Positions 10,911-24,613 of a DNA stretch of 64,000 bases are shown piece by piece; the stretch's first letter is position 1, and every line of letters starts with the position of its first letter. Under the pieces are notes generated by a model. That model searched no databases, had not been told where the DNA came from, and saw only the letters and a program-made list of their open reading frames with translations. The stretch comes from an uncultured delta proteobacterium (GTDB lineage Bacteria > Myxococcota_A > Polyangia > Polyangiales > Houyiibacteriaceae). The stretch covers positions 416,360 through 480,359 of the forward strand of contig CAVQUI010000004.1 of assembly GCA_963716775.1 (NCBI GenBank), written 5' to 3'. The translations under genes were made by a program, and so were the position numbers.

Positions 10911-11737
10911 CCACGCGCGGGCACCGGGTAGGGAGGGTACTTCGGTACATCTTCGGGGAGGAACCACTGCTCGCCCCAGATGCTCGCGCCGCCGTCGATG
11001 TAGAAAGTCTGCCCCGCCACGAAATCCGCGTAGCGTGACGCGAGATAGGTGATCAGATGAGACACTTCCTCCGCCGTGCCTAGCCGTTTCAAGGGGTTGG
11101 CCTTCTCCGCGTTCTGCAGGAGCTCCGGTGGGTACTGCTTGGTGCCGCTGGTGACGATCACCCCGGGCGCGATCGCGTTGACTCGAATGCCGTGAAGCGC
11201 CCACTCGACCGCAAGCGTCTTGGTCATGTTGTCCACGCCTGCGCGCGCCGCCCCAGTGTGCACCATGCCCGGAAAGCCGCGAATGATCTGAGCGATGACG
11301 TTGACGATTCGTCCCCGCTTCTGAGGGATCATCGCCTTGGTGGCCACGGCGTGCGTCATGGTCCAGGTGCCGATCAGATTGTTGCGCACGACCGCGGCGA
11401 AGCCTCTTGGAGATAGCGCTTCTGCGGTCGTTGGAAACTGTCCGCCCGCATTGTTGATCAGCACGTCGATGTGGCCGAAGCGCTCGAGCACCGAGTCGAC
11501 GAAAGCCGCAATCGCCTCGGGCTCACGGATGTCGCAGGGAGCGCCGAATGCTTCGATGCCTTTTGCCTCGAGCTGGGCCACCGCGTTCTTCAAAGGTTCC
11601 GGGCGCCGCCCGCAGATTGCCACCTTGGCTCCCAAGAGACCCATTTCCGTGGCCGCGACCAGTCCGATTCCCGTACCGCCACCTGTGATGAGCACGACTT
11701 CGCCAGTGAACAATCCATCCGCGTACAGCTGATCCAT
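10907..11737 (-). CDS. SDR family oxidoreductase (enoyl/dienoyl-CoA reductase-like)
   Basis: Rossmann motif VVLITGGGTGIGLVAA, NNAG motif (LINNAGGQF), and an SDR-like remainder. Start is set at ATG 11737 (MDQLYADG). The 436-aa ORF-track version extends upstream over the response-regulator gene and is not credible. Confidence 0.85.
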   Translation of the reverse strand: MDQLYADGLFTGEVVLITGGGTGIGLVAATEMGLLGAKVAICGRRPEPLKNAVAQLEAKGIEAFGAPCDIREPEAIAAFVDSVLERFGHIDVLINNAGGQFPTTAEALSPRGFAAVVRNNLIGTWTMTHAVATKAMIPQKRGRIVNVIAQIIRGFPGMVHTGAARAGVDNMTKTLAVEWALHGIRVNAIAPGVIVTSGTKQYPPELLQNAEKANPLKRLGTAEEVSHLITYLASRYADFVAGQTFYIDGGASIWGEQWFLPEDVPKYPPYPVPARG

Positions 11738-11781
11738 GTCGCGCCTCATACCACGCGAGGCGCGATCGGACGATTCGAGTT

Positions 11782-12171
11782 TCAGCTCGCGAAGACCGTT
11801 TCGCGGTTCCTGGTCAGCGAAGTCACCAGCTCCCGCAAGTCCTCGGCGAAAAAGGGCTTTGCTAGGGATGCCTCGACGTCCAGGCGGCGCGCGATCTCGT
11901 TTCGCGCGGTGCTGGCGCTCAGAAGGATCACCGGCACTTCGTCCTGTCTCCAGCGGCGGCGAAATTCGAGCAAGAACATCTCGCCATCCTGGATGGGCAG
12001 CATCAGGTCGACGATCATCAAGTCGGGCAGTTGCACCGCACATTGTGCCAACGCCGAACGAACATCTGCAGACACGACGACCTTGTGCCCGTCCTGCTCC
12101 AGCACTACTTGAAGCATGCGCCGCACAGAAGGGTCGTCGTCGAGAACGAGAATCATCTTCGGCGCAGCCAC
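11782..12171 (-). CDS. single-domain response regulator (CheY-like receiver)
   Basis: 129 aa. Acidic pocket at ILVLDDDP, phospho-acceptor at DLMIVDLMLP, conserved LSAS and KPF. Confidence 0.85.
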   Translation of the reverse strand: MAAPKMILVLDDDPSVRRMLQVVLEQDGHKVVVSADVRSALAQCAVQLPDLMIVDLMLPIQDGEMFLLEFRRRWRQDEVPVILLSASTARNEIARRLDVEASLAKPFFAEDLRELVTSLTRNRETVFAS

Positions 12172-12248
12172 CGAAGCATCCTATCAGGAGCCTGGCCCAT
12201 CGCGAATATGCGCTCACTGCCTACATCGGAGCTGCTAGGCTCACTTGT

Positions 12249-12833
12249 ATGACTTCGACCGTCCGTTTCACAGCGGCAGCCCTCGTACTGGCGGCTGCTT
12301 GCGCTTCGAGAACGCCCCCCGTGTCACCGATTCGCATCGAACCGACAGACCTCTTTCCGCTAGAAACCGGCAATGCATGGTCGTACGACGTCGATACCGG
12401 TGAGCCTTCGACCACCTTGGCCGTCTCGCGTGTCGAAACATTCGACGGGCGCTTTGCTGAAGTGCGCACCGCGCGCACCGTGTTCCGTTACGAAGTGCTC
12501 GAGGAGGGCATTCGACTGCCGCCGGGAGACGAGTGGGTCCTTCGCGCGCCGCTCGAACGAGGCGCGACCTGGCTCGGCCGCGGCGGCCGCATCGCTCTTC
12601 TGGTCTCGATGGGAATGCGCGTCGAGACGCGCGCGGGCATCTTCGAAGATTGCATCTTGGTTTCGGAAACCGGCGGCAAGCTCGAGTTGGAAGTGCGCAC
12701 GGTGTACTGCCCGGGTGTCGGTCCGGTCTCGGTCGACTCGACCATGCGCTCGAACCTGGGTGACCGTACGCTGACGGTGTCCGCGAGGCTGCGCGGCTAC
12801 GAAGTCAGTCCGTCTTCTTCTTCGCGCCCCTAG
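12249..12833 (+). CDS. hypothetical lipoprotein
   Basis: In-frame ATG 12249 gives MTSTVRFTAAALVLAAACAS (signal peptide plus lipobox). The upstream part of the 365-aa ORF is antisense to the RR and SDR genes and is rejected. Confidence 0.6.
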   Translation: MTSTVRFTAAALVLAAACASRTPPVSPIRIEPTDLFPLETGNAWSYDVDTGEPSTTLAVSRVETFDGRFAEVRTARTVFRYEVLEEGIRLPPGDEWVLRAPLERGATWLGRGGRIALLVSMGMRVETRAGIFEDCILVSETGGKLELEVRTVYCPGVGPVSVDSTMRSNLGDRTLTVSARLRGYEVSPSSSSRP

Positions 12834-13230
12834 GCGAGACTTCCACTTCGACGAACTGGGTTCGAAGCTCTACGACCAACGAGAGCGACCCTTCGCCGAG
12901 GAACACCTGGCGCCAAATCCGGCCTTCGGCGTCGGTTACCTCCAGAGCGTGTCTGGTGCCCGGCGCGACCCCGAAGACCGTGTTGTCGATCTTTTTGCCG
13001 TCGAGGAGGACCTCAGCGTTGGGCGGCACGCCGAGCAGCTCGATGGTTGCCATGGGCGGCGCGACTCCGGGCGCGGTGTCCGGCCGGGCACGCGGGTCGC
13101 TATCCAACAAGGCCCAGGCGATCGCCACCAAAACGGCTAGGACGGCAAACGCCATCATCCAGCGGCTGTCCAGCACGCGTCCGACGCTGTGCAAGGGAGT
13201 TGGGTTCTCGTGCTCGTTGGGATTCACCAT
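12805..13230 (-). CDS. membrane-anchored protein with a PEGA-like beta-domain
   Basis: ATG 13230 (MVNPNEHE...). One TM helix (WMMAFAVLAVLVAIAWALL), then a PEGA-like block (LLGVPPNAEVLLDGKKIDNTVFGVAPGTRHALEV). The 3' end overlaps the convergent lipoprotein gene by 29 nt. Confidence 0.5.
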   Translation of the reverse strand: MVNPNEHENPTPLHSVGRVLDSRWMMAFAVLAVLVAIAWALLDSDPRARPDTAPGVAPPMATIELLGVPPNAEVLLDGKKIDNTVFGVAPGTRHALEVTDAEGRIWRQVFLGEGSLSLVVELRTQFVEVEVSPRGAKKKTD

Positions 13231-13327
13231 TGCTGCTTTGGATTGCCACGGTTTTGTGCCGTGCGCGATCTGGCTGCCATTGTAGGATGCCCACCCGGGC
13301 CCCGTCACGTTCCGGGATGGATTCAGC

Positions 13328-13925
13328 ATGACGACAGCAATTCTCGAAACGCGCAGCCTGACGAAGAGTTACGGCGGGCGCCTGGTCGTCGATCATCATC
13401 TCGACCTGAGCTGCCGCCAGGGCACGGTCCTCGGCCTTCTGGGCCCCAATGGCGCTGGAAAGACGACCACGCTCCGAATGCTCTACGGCTTCGTACCGCC
13501 CGATGAAGGCACAATTCAGTATGCGGGCGCGCGGTTCTCGGAGAATCGCGCCGCAGCCAAGCGCATGATCGGCGTGTGCGCTCAGGACGATTCGCTCGAC
13601 TACGATTCCACCGTTGCCCAGAATCTGCGGATCTACACGAGCTACTTCCGCCCGAGAGTCGAAGATCTCCAAGACCGAGCTCGCTGAGCTGCTCGATCGC
13701 TTCGAGCTCACCTCGTTCGCGGATGCCTCCCCTCACGTGCTCTCCGGCGGCTTCGTCCAGCGGCTTCTGATCGCCCGTTCGATCGTGCACCGGCCGAGTG
13801 TCTTGTTCCTAGACGAACCGACGACAGGCCTCGACCCCAGCGCGCGGCTCGACGTCTGGGAGCTGATCGACGAGCTGCTGGTCATTCACGAGGGTCGCAA
13901 GGTCGCGCACGGCGAACCGCCGTGA
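13328..13925 (+). pseudogene. ABC transporter ATP-binding protein remnant (NodI/ABC-2 type): frameshifted and internally deleted
   Basis: Walker A LLGPNGAGKTT is in one frame (13328-13687). The ABC signature LSGG and Walker B LFLDEPTTGLD are in another frame (13614-13925), with the shift near 13650-13660. After DVWELIDELL the sequence jumps to VIHEGRKVAHGEPP*, so the H-loop region and the C-terminal ~70 aa expected in this family are missing. Confidence 0.75.
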
Positions 13926-14381
13926 TTCCGCCTGCCATGGAGCCGGTGATCTTCTTCATCGCTTTCGGTATCGGTTTCGGTGGCTACATCGAGGACCTCA
14001 GCTACCGGGGAACCGCGATCAACTACGCGACCTACGTTGCGCCGGGCCTGATCGCCTATACCGGTTTCGGCACGTACCGGTTTCGGCACGCCCTACTACG
14101 AAGCGCTCTACTCGGCGTACGTTCGCATGTTCTACCAAAAGACTTGGGACGGGATTCTCGTAACCCAAGTCGAGGTGCCCTGCGTCGTCTGGGGGGAAAT
14201 CCTCTGGGCGCTGATGCAGATCAATCCGGTCTACCAACTCGCCGAGTGCGCGCGCGGTCTGCTCCTTCTCGGAGACCCTGGTCCGCACCTGCTTGGCTTG
14301 CTCGGATCGACCGCACTTTTTCTCGTTCCTTGCACCCTTCTTTCGGTCCGATTGACCCGCCGAAGAGTGCTGGGAGACTGA
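13922..14381 (+). pseudogene. ABC-2 type permease remnant (NodJ-like): truncated, frameshifted by a 16-bp tandem duplication
   Basis: Family-like fragments EPVIFFIAFGIGFGGYI...YVAPGLIAYTGFGT (frame of 13922) and YSAYVRMFYQKTWDGILVTQVEVP..WGEILWA...NPVYQLAECARGLLL (frame of 14127). Removing one copy of the duplicated 16-mer at 14059-14090 joins the two frames. Only ~150 of the ~260 expected aa remain. Confidence 0.65.
14059..14090 (+). repeat. perfect 16-bp tandem duplication (TACCGGTTTCGGCACG x2) inside the permease remnant
   Basis: Read directly: 14059-14074 is identical to 14075-14090. 16 nt is not a multiple of 3, so the duplication shifts the frame. Confidence 0.95.
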
Positions 14382-14424
14382 GCTTCCGCGACCTAGAAAT
14401 TCATTTGTCAGATCAATGGGTTAG

Positions 14425-16938
<2,514 letters not shown>

Positions 16939-16945
16939 TCGGGAC

Positions 16946-19129
16946 TCAGCTGGCGCGGCGCGGACGACTCAATAGCCCTTGCACTGCTGCCGCAACGCGC
17001 GGCACTTCCTGCTCGGCGATCTCAAGGAGACTCCTGGCACCGTCGACGCTGGCTTCAGCCTCGATGGCGCCTAGAAGCTCGCCGATTCGCGTTGCGCCGA
17101 TTTGCTTGCTCGCCCCCTTGACCGTGTGGGCGCTGAGGCGAGCGGTTTCCAGGTCGCCGGCGTCCAGCGCTGCCGAGATTTCCTTCATGCTGTCCCGAAG
17201 CTGATCGACATAGCCCAGCAAGACATCCTGGATGAAGTCGTCGTCTTCACCGTCGAGCGAGACGAGCTGGCGCACCATACCGAGGTCGAGCGCTGGCGGC
17301 GGTGGCAGAGTGGACACGGACTTGCTCGGCCGATCCCCGTTCAGGGGGACCCAGCGCTCCAAGGCCTTCGCGAGCATCGAGGTCCGAACCGGCTTGCACA
17401 CCACATCGTTCATGCCGGCATCGAGACAGCGGAGTCGGTCTTCCTCGGCAACACTTGCCGTGAGCGCGACGATCGGCAGATCCGCTTCGCCCTTGGACTG
17501 CCGTAGGCGAGCGGTGGCCTGAAAGCCATCGATAAGCGGCATGTGACAGTCCATGAACACGATGTCGTAGTCGTTGGCTTTCGCCTTCTGCAGGGCCTCC
17601 CGGCCGTCGGTCGCGATGTCGACGGTGCAGGAGAGCTTCTTCAAGAGCGCTTCGGTCACCATCCGGCTGGTGGGGTCGTCCTCCGCGACTAGCACCAGCG
17701 CGCCCTCACGTATCAGAACCTGGCTCCCGCCTTCGGCGTTGACGACGCGCAAGGTGGTTTCCGGCCCGAGCCCGAGGTCGATTTCGGCCCAGAAGCAGGT
17801 GCCTTCGTCGAGCGTGCTGCTGACTCCCAACTCGCCATTCATCAGATCAACCAACTGCTTGCTGATCGCCAAACCCAAGCCGTTGCCCGCGGCGCTTCGG
17901 TTCGAGCCGGGGTTGCTCCGTTGGTAGCGCGTGAAGATTTCCTCGAGCGACTCCCGAGGAATGCCGATTCCGGTGTCGCGCACCGACAGGCGAATTCGAG
18001 CCTTTTCGGAGCGCTGGATGACTTCGGCCCGGATATGGACCGAGCCCGAATCGGTGAATTTGATCGCGTTGTTGACCAGGTTGAGGAGCACTTGTCGAAT
18101 GCGCCCGCTGTCTCCCATGAACCGCTGGCTGGTAACCCCGGTGGTCTCCGACTCGAGGAGAAGGCCCTTGGCTTCCGCGCGCGGCTGCATGAGGGCGACG
18201 ACTCCGTCGATGAGCGCGCGCAGGTCGAACGGCGCGCTGACGAGCTCTATTTGTCCCTTCTGAAGCCGTGAAAAATCGAGGATCTCGTCGACGACTCCGA
18301 CCAGCGCTTCAGCAGACTCCCGGATCGCGGTGATCATCTTCTCTTGCTTCTCGTCGAGATCGGTATCGAGGAGCAGCGCGCTGAGGCCGAGGACGCCGTT
18401 CATCGGTGTGCGGACCTCGTGGCTGACGTTGGCGAGTAGCTCGGTCTTTGCTTGCGACGCACGCTCGGCGGCGAGCCGGAGCTCTTCGAGTTTGACCAGA
18501 ACGCGGCCCCGCGCGGAGTTGAGCCCCAGGGCAAGGGCCGAAAACCCCAGCAGGTATCCGATGCTGCGCGTCCAGTTCACGCCATCGACCCAGAGCGAAG
18601 TGATCCCCCAGCTGAGGTCTCCCACGATCAAGATCGCAAGGAGCCACCTGCGATCTTGAGCTACTGCGCCGGCTATGATCTGAACCAGGATGAAGAGATA
18701 GAAGTCCGAGGGATCGCCACCTAGGACGTAGGCCAGAGCAACCGTCGCGGTGACGACCAGGAACGCGGAACCGCCAATGTGAGGCGACCAGAGCAGCGGC
18801 AGGGGATGGTGCTTGGCGCGCCAGCCGAACGCGAGCATCGCGAACCCCGCAAGCCCGTAGATCGTCATCAACTTCAGGTCGGTTTGGTTCGCGCCGGCAG
18901 ACCAGTGTCCGAGCGAGAGCCCGAGATAGGCCACGCCGGCGCACATGAACATCGTCGGCACGTACTGCCGGGAGACCGAGCTCACCATCCGCCAGTGCTC
19001 TTCGGCGCTCAACGGCACGCGCGCAGCCAGCGTCTCCGCCGAGCACGCAGATCCGGGTTCCCAGACCTGCTCCCCCTCCGCTTCGATCCCCATCCCATTC
19101 AGTCTACCGGTCCCGCCGGCCGGTTTCAC
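16946..19129 (-). CDS. hybrid sensor histidine kinase / response regulator with C-terminal HPt domain
   Basis: Polytopic N-terminal sensor region. HisKA H-box [17 protein letters not shown]. HATPase motifs ([24 protein letters not shown]). Receiver (VLVAEDDP...[10 protein letters not shown]...KP). HPt ([14 protein letters not shown]). The exact start is uncertain. Confidence 0.9.
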   Translation of the reverse strand: MKPAGGTGRLNGMGIEAEGEQVWEPGSACSAETLAARVPLSAEEHWRMVSSVSRQYVPTMFMCAGVAYLGLSLGHWSAGANQTDLKLMTIYGLAGFAMLAFGWRAKHHPLPLLWSPHIGGSAFLVVTATVALAYVLGGDPSDFYLFILVQIIAGAVAQDRRWLLAILIVGDLSWGITSLWVDGVNWTRSIGYLLGFSALALGLNSARGRVLVKLEELRLAAERASQAKTELLANVSHEVRTPMNGVLGLSALLLDTDLDEKQEKMITAIRESAEALVGVVDEILDFSRLQKGQIELVSAPFDLRALIDGVVALMQPRAEAKGLLLESETTGVTSQRFMGDSGRIRQVLLNLVNNAIKFTDSGSVHIRAEVIQRSEKARIRLSVRDTGIGIPRESLEEIFTRYQRSNPGSNRSAAGNGLGLAISKQLVDLMNGELGVSSTLDEGTCFWAEIDLGLGPETTLRVVNAEGGSQVLIREGALVLVAEDDPTSRMVTEALLKKLSCTVDIATDGREALQKAKANDYDIVFMDCHMPLIDGFQATARLRQSKGEADLPIVALTASVAEEDRLRCLDAGMNDVVCKPVRTSMLAKALERWVPLNGDRPSKSVSTLPPPPALDLGMVRQLVSLDGEDDDFIQDVLLGYVDQLRDSMKEISAALDAGDLETARLSAHTVKGASKQIGATRIGELLGAIEAEASVDGARSLLEIAEQEVPRVAAAVQGLLSRPRRAS

Positions 19130-19131
19130 GA

Positions 19132-19941
19132 CTAGTCGGAAGGGAGTTTGTGACGTGCCTCACGAATCGTGCGAACGGCCGCTTCGTGAAGCAAGCCATT
19201 GGAGGCCACCAGTCTTCCACTGCGAGGGTCGGCTGTGGCGCCTTCGTAGGTGGAGAGTCGGCCGCCCGCTTCTTGGACGAGCAAGGCGCCCGCGCACATG
19301 TCCCATGCGTTCAGCCCCTGCTCCCAGTAGACGTCGTAGGTGCCGTCGGCGACTAGACAAAGATCGATCGATGCCGCGCCGCAACGCCGGATACCCCTCG
19401 CGCGTTTCAAGAAGAGCGCTAGCTCCGCGTGATTGTCGTCGGCGGTCGACCAGCGGTCGTAGGGAAAGCCCGTCGCGCAGACGGCTTCGTCGAGTTGTTC
19501 GCGGGGCGATACGGAGCAGGGTTTTCCATTGCGAAACGCACCCATGCCCTTGGCCGCTTTCCAGGTGACCCCGAGCGCCGGTGCGTGCACCAGGCCGGCC
19601 AGACCCTCCGAGCCGCGGTACAGAGCAATCGAGACGCCAAAGAAGAAGTGCCCGTGCGCGAAGTTGGTGGTGCCGTCGATCGGATCGACGTACCAGACCA
19701 AATCGCCCGCGCCGGTTTCCGCGCCTTCCTCGCCGACGATCCGGTGATCCGGGAACTCGCGCGAGAGCTCCGCTCGGATCAGCCGCTCGCTTTGCAGGTC
19801 GTACTTGGTCAGCAGGTCGAAGCGCCCCTTGCGTGAGACCTCCGCGCCGGCACGCCAGCCCTTCATCACGAGCTCGCCAGCTTGCAGAGCTATGCGCTCA
19901 GCGGCCTCGAGGGCGCGCTGATTGTCTTCTTCGATAGGCAT
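19132..19941 (-). CDS. inositol monophosphatase family protein (SuhB-like)
   Basis: IMPase motifs [20 protein letters not shown] and [15 protein letters not shown]. Start is set at ATG 19941, which is preceded by GGGGGA. The ORF track allows up to 19992. The gene lies 2 nt upstream of the histidine-kinase gene on the same strand. Confidence 0.85.
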   Translation of the reverse strand: MPIEEDNQRALEAAERIALQAGELVMKGWRAGAEVSRKGRFDLLTKYDLQSERLIRAELSREFPDHRIVGEEGAETGAGDLVWYVDPIDGTTNFAHGHFFFGVSIALYRGSEGLAGLVHAPALGVTWKAAKGMGAFRNGKPCSVSPREQLDEAVCATGFPYDRWSTADDNHAELALFLKRARGIRRCGAASIDLCLVADGTYDVYWEQGLNAWDMCAGALLVQEAGGRLSTYEGATADPRSGRLVASNGLLHEAAVRTIREARHKLPSD

Positions 19942-20094
19942 GAATTCCCCCATTTTCGCGGATCTCGGGGTCTGCGCCATCGGCATCTGCACATCTGGGG
20001 GGTGTTCGCTGGCATTTCGACCCTAAAACCCGTACAAGGCCGTGCGCTGCGAAGCCCGTTTCCTGGGCGCCGCCCGATGTAGGCAAATGTAGTT

Positions 20095-21798
20095 ATGCCC
20101 GACAAGGACACTGTGACGCCAAGCATTCGGAATCCGTTTGAAACGGATGCCGAAGATAGTTCTTCCGACGCTGTGACAACGGGAGGTGGGCCCTACGACG
20201 AAGCAGTTCGCGAGGGCGAGCTTCTTCGTGCGCGCCCGCGCTTGGCTGCTGGCCCCGTTCCGATCGGAAGGCAGCACGCCAAGCGGCGAATGACGGTCTG
20301 GGAGCGCATGGACGTGCTCCGCGATCCGGGAACCGAGCCGACGATTCTCTATCAGAACTGGGGTCCGAATCTCGATGGCGCTTCGATCGTGACGGCGGTC
20401 GTTCAGATCGGTGGTCGCGAGGTCGCGGTCTATGGTCACGACTTCACGGTTCGCGCCGGGTCGATGGACGCCACCAACGGCACCAAGCTCGCGAACGTCA
20501 TTCGCTTGGCCGGTCGGCAGGGGATGCCTCTGGTCGGCATGAACGACAGCGCCGGCGCGTTCGTGCCCGCGGGCATCGGTGGTTTGGACGGCTACGCAGA
20601 GGCGTTCACTGCGCTTCGCAAGATCAGCGGCGTGGTGCCGAGCATCATGTGCATGTTCGGCTACAACGCGGGCGGCGGATCGTACTTGCCGCGGCAGGGT
20701 AGCTTCATGATTCAGCCTGCCAACACCTTCTTCGGGCTAACCGGGCCAGGCGTGGTGAAGTCGGTGCTCGGTGAAGACGTAACTGCGGACGAGCTCGGCG
20801 GCCCGGGCGTACACGGACAGAGCGGCGTGACGGACCTCACCGTGCGCGACGAGGTTGGCGCCCTGCGAACCGCTCAGCGCTTGCTGAGCTACCTGCCCGG
20901 AAACAACCACGAATTCGCTCCTTACCAAGAGACTTCGGACCCGATCGACCGGCCGACCGGTGAAATCGACACTTTGCTTCGCAAGGCGTTCAACTCGCCG
21001 ACCGGCTTCAATACGCCGATCGACGTCAGCATCATCCTTCAGCAGATCTGCGACCACGGCGATTACTTCGAGCTTCAGCCGCAGCGTGCGCGAAACACGA
21101 TCACGGCGTTCGGGCGTCTCGGCGGGCACGTCGTCGGTTTCGTTTGCAACAACAGCGCGGTGGCGTCGGGGCAAATCGACGTCGACGCGGCGTTCAAGAA
21201 CTCGCGCTTCATTCGCTTCTGCAACCTCTACAACATCCCGGTGATCTTCATGGAGGACACCACCGGCTTTCTGCCCGGTCGCGACCAGGAAAGCCGCGGT
21301 ATCGTGCAGGCGGGGAGGGCGATGCTCGATTCGATCATCGATCTGCGGACGCCGCGTCTTCTGCTCATCATTCGCAACGCGTTCGGCGGCGCGTACGCGG
21401 CGTTCAACTGCTACGCCACCGGCGCGGACCACGTCATGGCGCTTCCAACGACGCGCGTCGCTGTCATGGGCCCGGCCGGCAAGGAGTTCGTGTACAAGAA
21501 CGAGATGCGCGAAATGCGCAGCCAGGCCAAGGCGCGCATGGAAGAAGCGCTCGCCGCTGGGGCTTCCAAAGAGGACGCCGAAGCAGAGGTGGCCGCCTGG
21601 ATCAAGGCGCAGGACGCCGCGTTCGGCGCCCGCTACGAGAAAGAGCTCATGAACCCGAAGGAGGCACTGAGCCTCGGTTCGATCTCCGAGATCGTTCCGC
21701 CAACCGCCGTGAGAGCGTCGCTGGCCAAGAACCTGGACTTTTACCTGTCCCACTACAGCCCAGAACCGCTCCAAGCGGTTCAGCGTGAGTTTCACTGA
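20095..21798 (+). CDS. acyl-CoA carboxylase carboxyltransferase (beta) subunit
   Basis: 567 aa with both carboxyltransferase halves ([19 protein letters not shown]..., [12 protein letters not shown]..., [48 protein letters not shown]). Confidence 0.9.
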   Translation: MPDKDTVTPSIRNPFETDAEDSSSDAVTTGGGPYDEAVREGELLRARPRLAAGPVPIGRQHAKRRMTVWERMDVLRDPGTEPTILYQNWGPNLDGASIVTAVVQIGGREVAVYGHDFTVRAGSMDATNGTKLANVIRLAGRQGMPLVGMNDSAGAFVPAGIGGLDGYAEAFTALRKISGVVPSIMCMFGYNAGGGSYLPRQGSFMIQPANTFFGLTGPGVVKSVLGEDVTADELGGPGVHGQSGVTDLTVRDEVGALRTAQRLLSYLPGNNHEFAPYQETSDPIDRPTGEIDTLLRKAFNSPTGFNTPIDVSIILQQICDHGDYFELQPQRARNTITAFGRLGGHVVGFVCNNSAVASGQIDVDAAFKNSRFIRFCNLYNIPVIFMEDTTGFLPGRDQESRGIVQAGRAMLDSIIDLRTPRLLLIIRNAFGGAYAAFNCYATGADHVMALPTTRVAVMGPAGKEFVYKNEMREMRSQAKARMEEALAAGASKEDAEAEVAAWIKAQDAAFGARYEKELMNPKEALSLGSISEIVPPTAVRASLAKNLDFYLSHYSPEPLQAVQREFH

Positions 21799-24604
21799 TG
21801 GCTTCCACCGGATACATGCACAACCCACTCATTCACCGGGACCGCCGCCTCGGACAGTCCGAGTCTGAATGGGTGCGGTCGTTCGGCTGTGAGGACATGA
21901 CCGTCCTCATCGTTTGCCGTGGCCCGATTCGGCGAGAGGCACTCGATATTTTCGAGGAAATGGGGATGACGAGGGTTGGGATCCTTCTTTCGGAGAAGGA
22001 CTCGATCGTCTACCCGCGCGCGCTAGCTCCGGAGCTTCGGCGCTTGGATCCATCCCGGGTTCACTCGGTGTCCGACTACACGGGCGCGAGCAAGGAGGAG
22101 CGCGCCGAGCGAATCCAGCAGATCATCGGCATCGCCAAGGACCAGGGCTACGATTACATCTTCGCCGGCTACGGCTTCATGGCGGAGGACGAGGAGTTCG
22201 TTCGCAGCATCGAAGAGGCTGGACTTCGCTTCATCGGCCCCTGCTCGCACACCGTGCAAGCCGCCGGTTTCAAGGACGAGGCCAAGCGCACGGCTGAGCG
22301 CGTTGATGTCAGTGTCACACCGGGCATCAACAACGCGACGGCGCGGCTCAGTTCTCAAGAACCACCCCGACCGCAAGGCCCTCGCCAAGCTCGCCAAGAA
22401 GCACGACCTCGAGGTTCCTGAGCTCGGCGACGACGAAGATCGAGCTCGAAACGCTGGCGGATGCGGTCCTCGGCGCCTCCTACGACGCGCACATCGATCT
22501 CTACACGGTGGATGAGCTCGCCGAGCAGATTCAAATCGAGGTCGCCAACATCCTCGAGAAGTACGAGGGCAGCCGCATTCGTCTCAAGGCGATCGGTGGT
22601 GGTGGTGGCAAGGGGCAACGCATCGTTGGCAGCGCCAAGCAGGCGCCCGCCATGGTTCGTGAAATTCTGAGCGAGGTGAAGGCGCTCGGCGTAGGCGACA
22701 ACAAGAACATTCTCGTCGAGCTCAACATCGAGACGACCCGCCACAACGAAATCCAGCTGCTTGGCAATGGCGAGTGGACTGTCTCACTCGGCGGTCGCGA
22801 TTGCTCTCTGCAGATGCACGAGCAGAAGCTCCTCGAGGTTTCAATCACGCAGGAGACGCTTGCCGCTGCGGTCGAGCGTGAGCGCGCCGCCGGCAACGAA
22901 ATCCACGCCTCGGCCATCGAGCAGGACCTGAACATCCTCAGGCGCATGGAAGAAGAAGCCGAGCGCTTCGGCGAGGCCGTGAAGCTCGACTCCGCGTCGA
23001 CCTTCGAGTGCATCGTCGATGGACCTCGCCACTACTTCATGGAAGTCAACACGCGCATCCAGGTAGAGCATCGGGTCTCCGAGCTGTGCTACGCGCTCCG
23101 CTTCCGCAACCCCGGCGACGTGGAGGATTTCTTCGACGTGCACTCGCTCGTCGAAGCCATGGCCTTGCTCGCCAAGCACAAGGCCAGACTACCCCGGCCC
23201 GAGCGAGTTCAACGCGACGCGGCCGCGGTCGAAGCACGTCTCAATGCCACCGACCAGTCGCTTTCGCCCCACGCTGGAGGCGAGATCATGAGCTGGTCGG
23301 ACCCGATCGAAGGCGAGGTTCGCGACGATCAGGGCATCTGCTTCAAGAACCCCGATACCAATCTTTTCATGCGCTACAAGCTGGCCGGCGCGTACGATAG
23401 CAACATCGCGCTTCTGGTGACCACCGGTGACGATCGCCGCCACAGCTACGAGCGTTTGCGTGAGGTGCTCCGCTGCACCGTCCTTCGAGGCCCCGATCTT
23501 CAGACGAACCTGCAGTTCCACTACGGGCTCGTTCACTGGTTCCTCGCGAACGGCGTTGACGCGAAGCCGACCACTCGCTTCGTCGTTCCCTACCTCACGC
23601 TGCTCGGCGAGCTGCTGAACGAGGCGAACGAGATTGACGCGGACTACGCGTACGAACGCCTGTGCGCTCAGTACTTGAAGGCCGCTTCGGGCGACCCGGG
23701 TGCCGCAAAAGCCACCAACGACCTTTGCATCCTGAAAAAGACCATTCTCGGCCGTCCGCTCGGGCGCATCTTGCGACAGCCGCATCTTCTTTCGGCCTGG
23801 CTCAGCTCGAACAAGAGCAACTTCGAGGTGAAACACGGCCGCGTCACCTGGCTGCGCAATCCCCTGCTCGTCCTGTCCGATACCTACCATCTGCTTCACA
23901 TGGATGCCGAGGTGAATCTGCCGGCCGCCCATCGCATTTGGGAACAGGACCAGGCCGTGCTCCGAGACGGCGCCGCTTTCTACGCGGCGGTGCAGGAGCG
24001 ACTGGGTGAGCTCACTTGGCCGGAGCTCGACGAGGCGCTGAAGGCCAACAAGGCCCCCAAGGGCTTCGCGGGTGCGAAATGGGAAGATGTGCGTGAAGCG
24101 CATCTCGGCTTCCAGCTCGGTATGGAGCTCTACAGCTTGCTGCCTTTGATCGGGCACAAGGTCGGCTTCTTCGACCTCCGCGTGAACGAGGACCTGACGA
24201 TCAGCATTCCCGAGCGGCTTTTTGATGCCGATCACCAGCTCAAGATGAAGAAGGTGCTCGTCCCGCCGCCGGTCAACAAGGCCGACGAAATCGTCTCCGT
24301 GAGCGGCGGGATGTACTACGCGCAGGAAGCGCCGGGAATGCCCTGCTTCATCGAAGAGGGGCAGCACTTCGATATAGGCGATCCCCTGTACATCATCGAA
24401 GTCATGAAGATGTTCAACAAGGTGTACGCGCCATTTGCGGGCACCGTCGACAAGATCCTGGTCGATACGAACGGAATGATCGTGTCGAAGGGCCAGCCGC
24501 TCTTCAAGGTCACGCCTGACGAGAAGTTCGTCGAACTGGACCCGGTCGAGGTTCGGGCTCGCATCCAGTCGAACACCGAGAAGTATCTGTCGGTGGTCGC
24601 CTGA
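21798..24604 (+). pseudogene. long biotin carboxylase-BCCP (alpha) subunit of the acyl-CoA carboxylase, reading frame broken twice
   Basis: Biotin carboxylase N-domain in frame of 21798 (TVLIVCRGPIRREAL..., YDYIFAGYGFMAEDEEFV). The ATP-grasp region continues in frame of 22303 for ~30 codons (VLKNHPDRKALAKLAKKHDLEVPELGDDE). It then continues in frame of 22508 (IELETLADAV...LKAIGGGGGKGQRIV..., FMEVNTRIQVEH) to a biotinyl domain (IIEVMKMFNKV). Shifts are near 22347-22353 and 22435-22443. Joined length is ~935 aa. Confidence 0.8.
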
Positions 24605-24613
24605 GCGATTCCC

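Noticed and set aside
11738-12217. N-terminal 160-aa extension of the SDR ORF (ORF track 10907-12217)
   Set aside because: The extension overlaps, in another frame, a well-formed CheY-like receiver gene (11782-12171) and has Arg/Ser-rich non-protein-like sequence. The SDR Rossmann motif starts right after ATG 11737.
20737-21828. 363-aa minus-strand ORF. Similar long antisense ORFs occur at 23189-24367, 28197-29591, 37742-39097, 57669-58295 and 63139-63987.
   Set aside because: All lie antisense to genes with strong family signatures: carboxyltransferase, biotin carboxylase, metalloprotease, the lipoprotein/membrane protein pair, otsA and nadA/dnaJ. Their translations are Arg/Ala/Pro/Gly-rich shadow sequence with no motifs.
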